Assembly: GCA_045604155.1 (NCBI GenBank)
Contig: JAZUNN010000083.1
Location: 7,228-71,227, forward strand
DNA: 64,000 nt
Source of the DNA: Acutalibacteraceae bacterium
GTDB taxonomy: Bacteria; Bacillota; Clostridia; Oscillospirales; Acutalibacteraceae
Direction of reading: 5' to 3'
The translations under genes and the position numbers were made by a program. Shown here piece after piece: positions 28,769 through 37,529 of this stretch (the first letter of the stretch is position 1; the number at the start of each line of letters is the position of its first letter). Under the pieces are notes generated by a model. It ran no database searches, had not been told where the DNA came from, and was given only the letters and a program-made list of their open reading frames with translations.

Positions 28769-29611
28769 TCAGCTGAGAAATCCTCTGATTTCGCTAAGCC
28801 TTTTCTCTGCCTCTTTTCTTCCCATATCATATGCTTTTCTCAGATTTTCCGGATTTCTCTCCATCTTTCCTATCGGCAGTTTTTCAGGAGGTCTTATAAC
28901 AAGCGCATCTCCGGTCTTTTCTCTGCTGCATATATAATTTATAAGCTCATTGTACTCAGTATGACGTTTTTTCAATTTCTCTGTTACCTTCGGGTATTTT
29001 TTCAGTGCAAGCTTCAGCACCCACATAAGCGATTGCTTTTTCTTTACATATCCGTACGGTCTTGTAAGCACAACTATATTCTTTTCATATCCTATGCTTT
29101 CAAAATATCTGAGGGGTATTGCATCGGCAATTCCTCCGTCAAGCAGCTTCATGCCGTCAAGTTCCACAACATTTGCCAGCACGGGCATTGATGCAGAGGC
29201 TCTCATCCATTCAATGGCTTCTCTCGCATCGTCACATTTTCTGTAAACAGCTTCGCCCGTTGTCACATCCGTACACACAACATGAAACTCCATTGGATTA
29301 TTATTGAATGTTTCAAGATCAAAGATATCATATTCAAAAGGCACTACATGATAACAGAATTCCGCATTATAAAGATCACCCGTTTTAATAAGTGAACCTA
29401 TGCCGCAATATCTCTTATCCCTGCAGAATCTTGTGTTGTACCTTATTACTCTGCCAATCTGTTTTGATTTATAGTTGCATCCAAACGCTGCTCCTGCTGA
29501 TACTCCAATGGCTCCGTCAAATTCTATTCCCGATTCCATAAGAACATCTATTACACCTGCAGTGAACATTCCACGCATTGCGCCGCCTTCCATTACAAGT
29601 CCTTTTTTCAA
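28769..29611 (-). CDS. Patatin-like phospholipase (YjjU-like)
   Basis: Glycine-rich loop MEGGAMRG, GVSAG nucleophile elbow and LLDGGIAD catalytic Asp. Likely TTG start at 29611 (L21 of the track ORF), 5 nt after AGGAGGTG. Confidence 0.85.
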   Translation of the reverse strand: MKKGLVMEGGAMRGMFTAGVIDVLMESGIEFDGAIGVSAGAAFGCNYKSKQIGRVIRYNTRFCRDKRYCGIGSLIKTGDLYNAEFCYHVVPFEYDIFDLETFNNNPMEFHVVCTDVTTGEAVYRKCDDAREAIEWMRASASMPVLANVVELDGMKLLDGGIADAIPLRYFESIGYEKNIVVLTRPYGYVKKKQSLMWVLKLALKKYPKVTEKLKKRHTEYNELINYICSREKTGDALVIRPPEKLPIGKMERNPENLRKAYDMGRKEAEKRLSEIRGFLS

Positions 29612-29752
29612 ACGGCACACCTCCTCTTTCTGTCTGAATAACAGAATAGCACACATTTTTCCTGCACGCAAATCTGTTGTATAATTTTTCCCTGCTGATC
29701 ACATTTATTTCACATAAGCTTCTGAGAATCCGACAAATAAATTCCAAAGATT

Positions 29753-29794
29753 TTTGCGCAAATTCTTGCATTTTGTTGCGCATAGTTGTATAAT
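29753..29794 (+). promoter_or_regulatory. Sigma-70 promoter of the LacI-family gene with a 10-bp palindrome just upstream
   Basis: TTGCAT (29766-29771), 17 nt, TATAAT (29789-29794). Perfect palindrome TTTGCGCAAA at 29753-29762 and a near-repeat GTTGCGCA inside the spacer. Confidence 0.5.
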
Positions 29795-29836
29795 AATTAC
29801 ACAAATTACACATTCAAGCGCAAAGGAGTCCTGATT

Positions 29837-30835
29837 ATGGGCAACAAAGTCACAATAGAGGATATTGCGAAAATCCTTGGAATATCGAAAGCAACTGTTT
29901 CTCGTGCAATTTCCGGAAAAGGACGTGTAAGCGAAGCAACGAGAAATGAAGTCATGCGTGTAATGGCTGAGCAGAATTATCAGCCTACTTCCGCTCAGAA
30001 AGATTCTTTTGACAAGAAAAACGGCACCATTGCCGCTGTAATGCCTGCCGATTTTGCAAATACCAGTTCAACTTTCTTTCTTGAATGTCTGTTTTCTGTT
30101 TTCAGCACAGCAAATAATGCTTCATATGATGTCATAATCACAAGTAATTCTTTTAACGATGTGGACTCTGTTGAGCGACTTGTAAGAAGCGGCAAGATAG
30201 ACGGACTTATATTCCTTCGTTCAACGATTCTCGACAACTACGAGAAGCTTCTGAACGAGTGCAATATGCCCTTTGTAATGATAGGTCCTCCTCCGAGGCC
30301 TGACATTCATCACGTTGACAACGACAACATAGCAGCAAGCCGTGAGCTTACCGAGCATCTTCTGGACATGGGCTGCAAGCGTGTTGCATTTCTCGGCCCC
30401 GATATCAATTCAACTGCATTCAATCACAGAATGAAAGGTTATGTTGAGGCCTACCGTCTGCATGAAATCGAAGTTGACCCTTCTCTCATTCACATGAATC
30501 TGAAAAACGAACAGCTTGTTATCAATGCACTGTTCAAGCTCATGAACACAAATCCGCCAGATGCTATAATCACTGCAGACGATACCCTTTGTTACTGGAC
30601 ACTTATGAATCTTGATGTGCTCAATCTTACAATTCCGAAAGATGTCAAGATTGCCAGTTTTAATGACAGCTCCGTACTTTCTACCCATCAGCCTGCAATT
30701 ACTGCTGTCAATATAAATCCTCACAGCCTTGGCGACAAGGCCTGCCGTGTTCTGCTGAAGCTTATCGAAGATTCCGATGCACCTCTGCACAGTACAGTTC
30801 CTTATGAAATAATCCTTCGCCGTTCCACTTTATAG
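29837..30835 (+). CDS. LacI-family transcriptional regulator
   Basis: N-terminal HTH TIEDIAKILGISKATVSRAISG plus a periplasmic-binding-protein-like effector domain. Start at M18 of the track ORF behind an AAAGGAG SD. Confidence 0.9.
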   Translation: MGNKVTIEDIAKILGISKATVSRAISGKGRVSEATRNEVMRVMAEQNYQPTSAQKDSFDKKNGTIAAVMPADFANTSSTFFLECLFSVFSTANNASYDVIITSNSFNDVDSVERLVRSGKIDGLIFLRSTILDNYEKLLNECNMPFVMIGPPPRPDIHHVDNDNIAASRELTEHLLDMGCKRVAFLGPDINSTAFNHRMKGYVEAYRLHEIEVDPSLIHMNLKNEQLVINALFKLMNTNPPDAIITADDTLCYWTLMNLDVLNLTIPKDVKIASFNDSSVLSTHQPAITAVNINPHSLGDKACRVLLKLIEDSDAPLHSTVPYEIILRRSTL

Positions 30836-30883
30836 GAATATTTTTCTGTTTGCTGCGGAACACTTCCTACGGAGGTGTTTTCG

Positions 30884-31069
30884 ATGACAGACAGCAGATA
30901 TGATGATCTTCCCGTCGGTTTCGGCATGGCATTATCTCAGAATGTCTACGCAATGGAATATTTTTCCGCTCTGCCCAAACAAAAGCAGCGTGCAATTATT
31001 GATCAGGCAAAATATGTATCCTCTTCCTCAGAGATGCATAATTTCGTCAATAGCCTGATACAGCATTGA
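30884..31069 (+). CDS. Small hypothetical protein (61 aa)
   Basis: ATG 6 nt after GGAGGTG. Sequence MTDSRYDDLPVGFGMALSQN...; no family recognised. Confidence 0.5.
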   Translation: MTDSRYDDLPVGFGMALSQNVYAMEYFSALPKQKQRAIIDQAKYVSSSSEMHNFVNSLIQH

Positions 31070-31077
31070 TACATCAG

Positions 31078-31108
31078 AAAATCCCGAAGGCAAAACCTTC
31101 GGGATTTT
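31078..31108. terminator. Bidirectional rho-independent terminator
   Basis: AAAATCCCGAAGG-CAAAA-CCTTCGGGATTTT between convergent genes. Confidence 0.85.
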
Positions 31109-31110
31109 AA

Positions 31111-31695
31111 TTATTGTTCGCCCTGCTCGTCAAGAGTCAGGTAATAACCTGGCAGGAATTCATCTATAAATATTTTGACTTCTTCCATATCCATCTTTTC
31201 AATGGATGCAAGGGTGCTCTGCTCTGCAACACGGAATTCACCGTTTCCTGCCGTGCGTTCTTCAATGCACTTTATAAGCGCACTGAGTTTATCCGCAGCC
31301 TTCACTATTCCTGTTTCTTCCTCTGTTCCTCTTTCATACAGAAGCGGTTCATAGACCTCTCTCAGATCCTGCGGAAGCTTTTCGGTAAGTGCTTTTGATG
31401 CCATATTCTCAACCTGTTTGTATGCCTCACGCATCTCACTGCTGTAATACTTTACAGGTGTCGGCATATCGCCTGTTATTATCTCCCCTGCGTCATGATA
31501 CAATGCCATAAGTACAACCTTGCCCGTATCAACATTGCCGCCAAGTCTTCTGTTTCTGATTTCACAGAGCAGATGAGCTATCATTGTGGTTTCAAGCGTG
31601 TGCTCGCTGAGACTTTCAAGTCTTGTGTTCCTCATCAGCGCCCATCTTGATATATATTTCATTCTTGACATCATTGCCATAAAACTGCTTGTCAT
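31111..31695 (-). CDS. HD-domain 5'-deoxynucleotidase (YfbR-like)
   Basis: 194 aa with ...ISRWALMRN...SEHT...LYHDAGEIITGD..., as in YfbR. Confidence 0.85.
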   Translation of the reverse strand: MTSSFMAMMSRMKYISRWALMRNTRLESLSEHTLETTMIAHLLCEIRNRRLGGNVDTGKVVLMALYHDAGEIITGDMPTPVKYYSSEMREAYKQVENMASKALTEKLPQDLREVYEPLLYERGTEEETGIVKAADKLSALIKCIEERTAGNGEFRVAEQSTLASIEKMDMEEVKIFIDEFLPGYYLTLDEQGEQ

Positions 31696-31765
31696 TCGGA
31701 TTACCCCCGGAAGTTTTTGTTATATGATTATATCAGCCCCTTTTTTCAAAGTAAAGTACATCTTC

Positions 31766-31794
31766 TTGACATTTATTGCATATGCATCTAAAAT
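31766..31794 (+). promoter_or_regulatory. Sigma-70 promoter for patatin gene 2
   Basis: TTGACA, 17 nt, TAAAAT. Confidence 0.5.
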
Positions 31795-31831
31795 ATAAAT
31801 GTATTATTATATCTTTGACGGAGGTACATAT

Positions 31832-32773
31832 ATGAACGATTATGCTCTTATTTTGGCAGGCGGCGGCGGAAAAGGCGCTTATCAGATTGGTGTCTGGCGT
31901 GCTCTGCGTGAGTTTGGTGCAGATAAAATAATCGGTGCTGTTGCCGGTACCTCAGTTGGTGCACTCAACGGTGCAATGTATGTTTCCGGGGAATATGAAA
32001 AAGCTGTGCGTCTTTGGAGAAATATCAAGCAAAGCGATATTCTCACTCCCTTTGATATTCAGCGTACTGTTGGCGGAAGCGGTTTCCTCAATACACTCCT
32101 GAGAGATGTAAGCAACTTTATCGGTGTAGGTAAAACAGGCTTTTTCTCCCGTGAAGGACTTTCAAGAATCATAAGAAACAATCTTAATTTCAAGGCTCTG
32201 AGAAAATCCTCCATGCCGTTTTACATAACACTTTTCAACCGTAAAACAATGGATGCGGAATATATTCTTCTCGGCCACGAGGATACCGATGAACATATCG
32301 AAAAACTTCTCCTCGCCTCTTCCGCCATGCCTGTTGTTTTCGGCTCTGAAAATATTGGCGAGAGCACTTACTACGACGGCGGTCTGGTAGATAACTGCCC
32401 TATCGCTCCTCTTTATAATGACGGCTACAGAAAGTTTATTGTTGTCTGGCTCAACAATGAAGTTTCTGCTCCTGTTGTTGAATTTTCAACCGAGTTTCCC
32501 GATGCTTTTATCGTTAACATAATTCCGTCTGAGGCTCAGGGTAATTTCCTTACCGGAACTCTGGATTTTTCAAGTACCGGTGTCAACAGAAGAATGCAGC
32601 TGGGATATACCGATGCGGTCTATGCACTCAGTGCAGCCTTCGGAAACGAGGAAAGCAAGGCTCTTGCACTCCTTGACAAGCACGCTCAGGAAGCTGCAAA
32701 GCGCAGATCAACTGCAATCAAAAATCTTAAGAAAATCGCCAAGGCAAAGGACAACACTCTTGCACTCAAGTAA
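31832..32773 (+). CDS. Patatin-like phospholipase (RssA-like)
   Basis: GGGGKG oxyanion loop, GTSVG nucleophile and YDGGLVDN Asp motif. Start at M12 of the track ORF behind a GGAGG SD. Confidence 0.88.
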   Translation: MNDYALILAGGGGKGAYQIGVWRALREFGADKIIGAVAGTSVGALNGAMYVSGEYEKAVRLWRNIKQSDILTPFDIQRTVGGSGFLNTLLRDVSNFIGVGKTGFFSREGLSRIIRNNLNFKALRKSSMPFYITLFNRKTMDAEYILLGHEDTDEHIEKLLLASSAMPVVFGSENIGESTYYDGGLVDNCPIAPLYNDGYRKFIVVWLNNEVSAPVVEFSTEFPDAFIVNIIPSEAQGNFLTGTLDFSSTGVNRRMQLGYTDAVYALSAAFGNEESKALALLDKHAQEAAKRRSTAIKNLKKIAKAKDNTLALK

Positions 32774-32776
32774 CTT

Positions 32777-32806
32777 AAAAAGCCGCTCATCGAGCGGCTT
32801 TTATTA
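32777..32806 (+). terminator. Rho-independent terminator (overlaps the 3' end of the convergent SDR gene)
   Basis: AAAAGCCGCTC-ATC-GAGCGGCTTTT followed by ATTATTT. Confidence 0.75.
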
Positions 32807-33662
32807 TTTCTATGTATTTGTCGGCAAGGTCAAATATTCCGGGTCGTATATCCGAAAACTCAAATCCTGCAGCGGTTGCTTTATCGGTATTTATGCTGTA
32901 TTCCACCTCACCATTGTAAGGTGCAGCATCTCCATCGTCACTGAGGACAGCCTTTTTGCCGGTCTTTTTCTCGGTATATTCTATAATTTCTCTCAGACTT
33001 ACTGTGCCTTTTGAACATCCGTTTATGGCTCCGGTAATATCTTTTTCCGCAAGATAAGCGATAAATCGACCTGCTTCTTCTGAAAAGATAAAGCCCATCT
33101 GACGGTCAATGTTGTCTATATACATGGGTGTTGAATTCATTGTGTGCTCGATATAAAACAGCAGACGTTTTGTATAGTCGTCCTCTCCGATAACAAATGG
33201 ATATCTTACAGCCAGCCAGTTTCTGTCACTGTATTTCTGCCACAGAGCATATTCTGCATGGCGTTTTACTTCAGAATATGAAAAATCAGGACGGCTGCAC
33301 CATATCAGATCACCTGCAAGTCCATCAAATTCATCCTCTTTCGTATCCATATGCTTCGGGTCATATACTGCCGTTGTTGACATATAGATATATCTGTCGC
33401 AGTCCACTGTATTCATGGCATATTTTATATCGTTTGAGCAGTAACCTATCTTATCTATAACCGTATCAAAATGCAATCCCGCTAAGGCTTTTCTCATGCT
33501 CTCCTCATCTGTTCTGTCAAGGATCAGCCTTGATACTGAACTTCCGAAATTGTCAGGAGTATTTCCTCTTGTGGCTATGGTCACTTCATGTCCGTTTTTC
33601 AGAAGCTCATTTACCGTATGCACACCGAAAAACCTTGTTCCGCCAAGCACGAGAACCTTCAT
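32787..33662 (-). CDS. NAD-dependent epimerase/dehydratase-family (extended SDR) protein
   Basis: 291 aa with an N-terminal Rossmann GGTRFFG. Confidence 0.8.
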   Translation of the reverse strand: MKVLVLGGTRFFGVHTVNELLKNGHEVTIATRGNTPDNFGSSVSRLILDRTDEESMRKALAGLHFDTVIDKIGYCSNDIKYAMNTVDCDRYIYMSTTAVYDPKHMDTKEDEFDGLAGDLIWCSRPDFSYSEVKRHAEYALWQKYSDRNWLAVRYPFVIGEDDYTKRLLFYIEHTMNSTPMYIDNIDRQMGFIFSEEAGRFIAYLAEKDITGAINGCSKGTVSLREIIEYTEKKTGKKAVLSDDGDAAPYNGEVEYSINTDKATAAGFEFSDIRPGIFDLADKYIEIIKAAR

Positions 33663-33761
33663 TTTTTCTCCTCCAATACCTCTTTTCTTCTTTCTTTTCT
33701 TATTATATTCACGTAATTAATTTCATTCAATATGTAAAAATAAACAAGTTGTTTTTCCATC

Positions 33762-33817
33762 TGACATTTGTCCTATATAAAATGACACTTGTATTTCACT
33801 GTCGATTGTGTTACAAT
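33762..33817 (+). promoter_or_regulatory. pgk operon promoter (extended -10) with two 10-bp palindromic boxes spaced 21 bp apart
   Basis: TTGTAT (33789-33794), 17 nt, TGtTACAAT (33809-33817). GACATTTGTC at 33763-33772 and GACACTTGTA at 33784-33793, the second overlapping the -35. Confidence 0.45.
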
Positions 33818-33904
33818 CTTAACGATGTGCGGTATTATATAAACCGCCTGATATTTGTCAATGATTAACCTGAGTTAATCATAAAAGAAAGGAAGCTTTT
33901 TGAC

Positions 33905-35098
33905 ATGAACTATCTCAACAAGAAGAGCGTCGAAGATATCGACGTAGCAGGCAAGAAAGTTTTAGTCCGCTGCGACTTTAACGTTCCCTTTGACGGCGAG
34001 GGCAACATCTCTGATACCAAGAGAATCGATGAAGCTCTCAAGACCATCCGTTACCTCCTCGAGAACAATGCTAAGGTTATCCTTTGCTCTCACCTCGGCA
34101 GACCCAAGGGTGAGTTCAATATGAAGTATTCCCTCGCTCCCGTTGCTGCATACCTTACCGAGCAGCTCGGCTTCGAGGTAAAGATCGCTACCGATGTTAT
34201 CGGTGACAGCGCCAAGGCTCTTGCTGCAGAAGTTGAAGAGGGCAAGGCTGTTATGATCGAAAACGTCCGCTTCCACAAGGAAGAAGAGAAGAACGATCCT
34301 GACTTCTCAAAGGCTCTTGCTTCTCTCGCAGAAGTATATGTAAACGATGCTTTCGGTACCGCTCACAGAGCTCATGCTTCTACTGCTGGTGTTGCTGATT
34401 ATCTCCCCGCTGTCTGCGGTTACCTCATCCAGAAGGAAATCTCCATCATGGGTAAGGCTCTTGCTGATCCCGCTCGTCCCTTCGTTGCTATCCTCGGCGG
34501 CGCTAAGGTTTCCGATAAGATCGGCGTTATCAACAACCTCCTTGAGAAGGTTGACACCATCATCATCGGCGGCGGTATGGCTTACACCTTCATGAAGGCT
34601 CTCGGCTATTCCATCGGTGACTCCATCTGCGAGGACGACAAGGTTGAGCTTGCTAAGGACATGATGGCTAAGGCTAAGGAGAAGAACGTCAACTTCCTTA
34701 TCCCCCAGGATAACGTTGTTGCTACCGCTTTTGCTCCCGATGCAGACTTCCAGACCGTTGATTCCGACAAGATCCCCGCAGGCTGGCAGGGTCTCGATAT
34801 CGGTCCCAAGACTTCCGAACTCTTCTCCAATGCTATCAAGGGCGCAGGCACCGTTGTTTGGAACGGACCTATGGGCGTTTCTGAGTGGGAGAACTTTGCT
34901 AAGGGTACCATCGCTGTTGCTACTGCTGTTGCTGAGAGCGGCGCAGTTTCCATCATCGGCGGCGGCGACTCTGCTGCAGCTTGTGAGAAGCTCGGCTTCG
35001 CTGACAAGATGACCCACATCTCCACCGGCGGCGGCGCTTCCCTCGAATTCCTCGAAGGTCTTGAGCTCCCCGGCATTGCTTGCCTCAACGAGAAATAA
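33905..35098 (+). CDS. pgk: Phosphoglycerate kinase
   Basis: 397 aa, full-length PGK (…[10 protein letters not shown]…, …HRAHAST…, GGGDSAAA). Strongly biased codon usage. Confidence 0.97.
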   Translation: MNYLNKKSVEDIDVAGKKVLVRCDFNVPFDGEGNISDTKRIDEALKTIRYLLENNAKVILCSHLGRPKGEFNMKYSLAPVAAYLTEQLGFEVKIATDVIGDSAKALAAEVEEGKAVMIENVRFHKEEEKNDPDFSKALASLAEVYVNDAFGTAHRAHASTAGVADYLPAVCGYLIQKEISIMGKALADPARPFVAILGGAKVSDKIGVINNLLEKVDTIIIGGGMAYTFMKALGYSIGDSICEDDKVELAKDMMAKAKEKNVNFLIPQDNVVATAFAPDADFQTVDSDKIPAGWQGLDIGPKTSELFSNAIKGAGTVVWNGPMGVSEWENFAKGTIAVATAVAESGAVSIIGGGDSAAACEKLGFADKMTHISTGGGASLEFLEGLELPGIACLNEK

Positions 35099-35171
35099 TT
35101 GAACTTTGTACGGCGGGCGTTTATTCGGCGTCCGCCGTATATTTGATATTTTAATTTTGGAGGAAACAGAA

Positions 35172-35939
35172 ATGAACAAAGCTAAGCGCGCTGCTGTTAT
35201 CGCAGGCAACTGGAAAATGAACAACAACCCCGAGCAGACCACTGCTCTTATAGGTGAGATCGCTCCCCTCGTAAAGGACGCTGACTGCACTGTTATCTGC
35301 TGCGTACCTTTCATCGACCTTCACGCTGCTCTTAAGGCTGCAGAAGGCACCAACATCAAGATCGGTGCTGAGAACTGCCACTGGGCTGAAAAGGGTGCTT
35401 TCACCGGTGAAATCTCCGCTCCTATGCTCAAGAGCATCGGTGTTGAGTACGTTGTTCTCGGTCACTCCGAGCGCAGACAGTACTTCGGTGAGACTGATGA
35501 AACTGTCGCTATGAGAGCAAGAGCTGCTCTTGACAACGGTCTTAAGCCCATCATCTGCGTCGGCGAGGTTCTCGAGCAGCGTCAGGAAGGCATCACTGCT
35601 CAGATCGTAAAGCATCAGGTCGTAAAGGCTTTCGAGCAGATCACCGAGGACGAGCTCAAGAACGTTATCATCGCTTACGAGCCTGTCTGGGCTATCGGCA
35701 CCGGTCTTACCGCTACCGATGAGCAGGCTAACGAAGTTTGCGGCATCATCCGTGATCTTCTCGCTGAGCTCTATTCTGCAGAAGCTGCTGAAGCTTTCAC
35801 CATCCAGTACGGCGGCTCCATGAACGACGCAAACGCTGAGGGTCTTCTTGATCAGGCTGACGTTGACGGCGGTCTCATCGGCGGTGCTTCCCTCGTAGCT
35901 GAGAAGTTTGCTGCTATCGTCAAGGCTGCAAGCAGATAA
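35172..35939 (+). CDS. tpiA: Triosephosphate isomerase
   Basis: AGNWKMN, LGHSERR and YEPVWAIGTG motifs. Start at M23 of track ORF 35106..35939. Confidence 0.97.
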   Translation: MNKAKRAAVIAGNWKMNNNPEQTTALIGEIAPLVKDADCTVICCVPFIDLHAALKAAEGTNIKIGAENCHWAEKGAFTGEISAPMLKSIGVEYVVLGHSERRQYFGETDETVAMRARAALDNGLKPIICVGEVLEQRQEGITAQIVKHQVVKAFEQITEDELKNVIIAYEPVWAIGTGLTATDEQANEVCGIIRDLLAELYSAEAAEAFTIQYGGSMNDANAEGLLDQADVDGGLIGGASLVAEKFAAIVKAASR

Positions 35940-35956
35940 GTAAAGGAGTTTATATA

Positions 35957-37486
35957 ATGAAGAAACCTCTTGTACTTTGCATAATGGACGGTTTCGGCAT
36001 CAAGGACGAATACGGCAATGCTATCACTGCTGCGTCCACTCCGAACCTTGATAAGATCTTCGCTGAGAATCCCTGCACCCAGATCGGTGCTTCCGGCATG
36101 GATGTCGGTCTTCCCGACGGTCAGATGGGCAACAGCGAAGTAGGTCACACCAACATCGGCGCAGGCCGTGTTGTTTATCAGGAGCTCACCAGAATCACCA
36201 AGTCAATTTCTGACGGTGTTTTCTTTGAAAACGAGGCTCTCCTTGCAGCTATGGAAAACTGCAAGGCTAACGATTCCGCACTTCACCTTATGGGTCTTAT
36301 GAGTGACGGCGGCGTTCACAGCCATAACTCTCATCTTTACGCTCTTGTTGAAATGGCAAAGAGAGCAGGACTTGAGAAGGTTTACGTTCACTGCCTCCTC
36401 GACGGTCGTGACGTTCCCCCTGCAAGCGGCGCTGATTTTGTTGCTAACTGTGTTGAGAAGCTTAATGAAATCGGTGTCGGCAAAGTAGCAACTGTTATGG
36501 GTCGTTACTATGCTATGGACCGTGACAACCGCTGGGAGAGAGTCGAAAAGGCTTATTCCGCTATCGTTTACGGCGAAGGCGTAAAGAATGCTGATCCCGT
36601 TGATGCTATCCACAAGTCCTATGAGACTATCGATGAAGAAGGCAAGCACGTTACCGACGAGTTCGTTCTGCCTGTTGTATGCCTCGATGATGCAGGTCTC
36701 AAGGCTAACGATTCTGTTATATTCTTCAACTTCCGTCCCGACAGAGCAAGAGAGATCACCCGTACCTTCGTTGATCCTGATTTCGCAGGCTTCGAGAGAC
36801 GCAACGGCTTCTTCCCCCTCTGCTATGTCTGCATGACTCAGTACGATGCTACAATGCCCAATGTAAAGGTCGCATTCAAGCCCCAGAGTCTTGACAATAC
36901 CTTTGGTGAGTACATCTCCGCAAACGGTCTTTCCCAGCTGAGAATCGCTGAGACTGAGAAGTATGCTCATGTAACCTTCTTCTTCAACGGCGGCGTTGAG
37001 AAGCAGTATGAGAACGAGGACAGATGCCTCATTCCTTCCCCGAAGGTTGCAACCTATGACCTCCAGCCCGAAATGAGCGCTGTCGAGGTTGCTGCTGAGA
37101 CCGTTGCACGCATTGAGAGCGGCAAGTACGATGTTATCATCCTCAATTTTGCTAACTGCGATATGGTCGGTCACACAGGTATTTTCGACGCAGCAAAGGC
37201 TGCTGTTGAGACTGTTGATGCCTGCGTCGGCAAGGTAGTTGAGGCAGCTTCCAAAATGGGTGGTTATGTTCTGATCACTGCTGACCACGGCAATGCTGAT
37301 CAGATGATGGAGCCTGACGGTTCTCCCTTTACCGCTCACTCCACCAACCCTGTTCCCTTCTGCGTAGTCGGTTATGACTGCACTCTCCGTGAGGGCGGCA
37401 GACTTGCTGACATCGCTCCCACAATGCTTAAGATTCTCGGTCTCCCCCAGCCTGCTGAGATGGACGGCGAAAGCATTATTCTTTAA
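35957..37486 (+). CDS. gpmI: 2,3-bisphosphoglycerate-independent phosphoglycerate mutase
   Basis: 509 aa with …MDGFG…, NSEVGHTNIGAGR and TADHGN motifs of iPGM. Confidence 0.97.
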   Translation: MKKPLVLCIMDGFGIKDEYGNAITAASTPNLDKIFAENPCTQIGASGMDVGLPDGQMGNSEVGHTNIGAGRVVYQELTRITKSISDGVFFENEALLAAMENCKANDSALHLMGLMSDGGVHSHNSHLYALVEMAKRAGLEKVYVHCLLDGRDVPPASGADFVANCVEKLNEIGVGKVATVMGRYYAMDRDNRWERVEKAYSAIVYGEGVKNADPVDAIHKSYETIDEEGKHVTDEFVLPVVCLDDAGLKANDSVIFFNFRPDRAREITRTFVDPDFAGFERRNGFFPLCYVCMTQYDATMPNVKVAFKPQSLDNTFGEYISANGLSQLRIAETEKYAHVTFFFNGGVEKQYENEDRCLIPSPKVATYDLQPEMSAVEVAAETVARIESGKYDVIILNFANCDMVGHTGIFDAAKAAVETVDACVGKVVEAASKMGGYVLITADHGNADQMMEPDGSPFTAHSTNPVPFCVVGYDCTLREGGRLADIAPTMLKILGLPQPAEMDGESIIL

Positions 37487-37494
37487 TAAACGTA

Positions 37495-37529
37495 AATCCC
37501 CGAACAGAAAACTGTTCGGGGATTATTTT
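37495..37529. terminator. Bidirectional rho-independent terminator (gpmI / HTH regulator)
   Basis: AATCCCCGAACAG-AAAA-CTGTTCGGGGATT followed by ATTTT. Confidence 0.85.

Noticed and set aside
28769-32773. Two patatin-like phospholipases flanking a LacI regulator and an HD-domain gene, with a NUDIX gene at 49637. I considered these as a possible CBASS-like or other anti-phage module.
   Set aside because: There is no cyclase/CD-NTase, SMODS, STING/SAVED, TIR, nuclease or other sensor/effector partner. The patatins are the common YjjU-like and RssA-like housekeeping types, each with its own promoter and terminator. The HD protein is a YfbR-type 5'-deoxynucleotidase. The NUDIX gene is an isolated, ordinary Nudix-box enzyme.
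34307-37339. Long antisense ORFs opposite pgk (335 aa) and gpmI (378 aa). Similar ones lie opposite plsX (50307-51254), tsf (48003-48572), metG (58142-58816) and infC-rplT (57095-57901).
   Set aside because: For pgk and gpmI I confirmed the same codon-aligned shadow effect seen in highly expressed genes lacking TTA/CTA/TCA codons. I infer the same for the others without checking their registers. None has a ribosome-binding site or a recognisable domain.
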